Shown here in pieces: positions 63,504 to 64,000 of a DNA stretch of 64,000 nt (its first letter is position 1; each line of letters starts with the position of its first letter). Source of the DNA: Bilabrum cf. latius (lineage: Eukaryota). The DNA lies in assembly GCA_965178125.1 (NCBI GenBank), contig OZ237737.1:682001-746000 (forward strand), written 5' to 3'. The translations under genes were made by a program, and so were the position numbers. The notes below the pieces were generated by a model. That model saw only the letters and a program-made list of their open reading frames with translations, was not told the DNA's origin and ran no database searches.

Positions 63504-63687
63504 CGGACGTGGCTGTGTCTCGACCCCAGCTCGCATGGCCTCAACTGTTACAATATACGGTTAAACGATATATTCAAATTCTCAATGGTTTCTATGAATA
63601 TGCAGTCAAAACAATCGTGACGCCGCACACTGGAGCAATTACAACCCTCGATCGGCCAGACTCTGGTGCCCGATGGACCCTGCAGGA

Positions 63688-64000
63688 TCATGTCCCGATT
63701 GTCTTGGGCATCTTCATGTCTCCTTGCAATTTACCATCTATTGTTCGAACAGGCGAGTGCGCGCCGGCCAGTTTCTTGGTCTCTACGAATTCGATCTTGC
63801 CACGTGATGGAGTCCCCTCCGCCGCACTGTGTGTCGACGATTTGGTGCTAGGACTATGAGCCAATCCGCTGCCAAGCGGTCCCAAACACAATGCATCAGT
63901 TTCACAAGCACGTACGGGGGATGCCATGCCGCAACTTATTCGATCAACTACGTTTTTGAGGCCAGAACAATCCGAAACTCGAGAGCGCGCGAAAACAGCT
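63688..64000 (-). CDS. Possible 3' end of a gene extending beyond the window
   Basis: Frame is open from the window edge to TGA at 63688. No recognisable motif. Confidence 0.25.
   Translation of the reverse strand, partial: AVFARSRVSDCSGLKNVVDRISCGMASPVRACETDALCLGPLGSGLAHSPSTKSSTHSAAEGTPSRGKIEFVETKKLAGAHSPVRTIDGKLQGDMKMPKTIGT

Noticed and set aside
1-64000. Mass pseudogenisation or sequencing error as the cause of broken ORFs
   Set aside because: Interruptions are exclusively TAG, with no frameshifts or TAA/TGA, and they occur at conserved Gln sites in essential genes.
1-64000. Ciliate-type code (TAA and TAG both Gln), pyrrolysine, or a stop-less ambiguous code
   Set aside because: TAA appears only at gene ends (14061, 19830, 55317, 55606). 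No gene requires TAG as a terminator, and TAG aligns with Gln in many unrelated proteins.

Overview
Gene-dense, GC-rich eukaryotic nuclear DNA with short GT-AG introns and many head-to-head gene pairs. The style suggests a heterotrophic protist, possibly a Cafeteria-like stramenopile (inference only). The ORF track looks fragmented because this genome appears to use a non-standard code: TAG is read as an amino acid, almost certainly Gln, while TAA and TGA remain stops. About 100 in-frame TAGs (hand count) join same-frame ORFs into about 22 complete genes. They fall on conserved Gln positions in uL15 (GHKGQKAR, GFEGGQTP), the 5-phosphatase (GFQE), an AZUL zinc finger (YxxQLxxGCG) and roadblock (IVxQ). 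Of the 22 genes, 18 end in TGA, 4 in TAA and none in TAG. Recoding reveals an inositol 5-phosphatase, a DHTKD1/OGDH-like E1, an ankyrin protein, mitochondrial uL15, syntaxin-5-like, MAM33, roadblock, a spliced microprotein, kinesin-5, tandem NTF2, a ~2440-aa PPR protein, a sarcosine oxidase-like enzyme, an MPN/JAMM deubiquitinase, a cNMP-kinase-PP2C fusion, RPN8, PI-PLC-X+ShKT, UFD1-ZnF-AZUL, Mpv17/PMP22 and a RhoGEF. One AT-rich, ORF-poor island (~17.6-19.8 kb) is unexplained.
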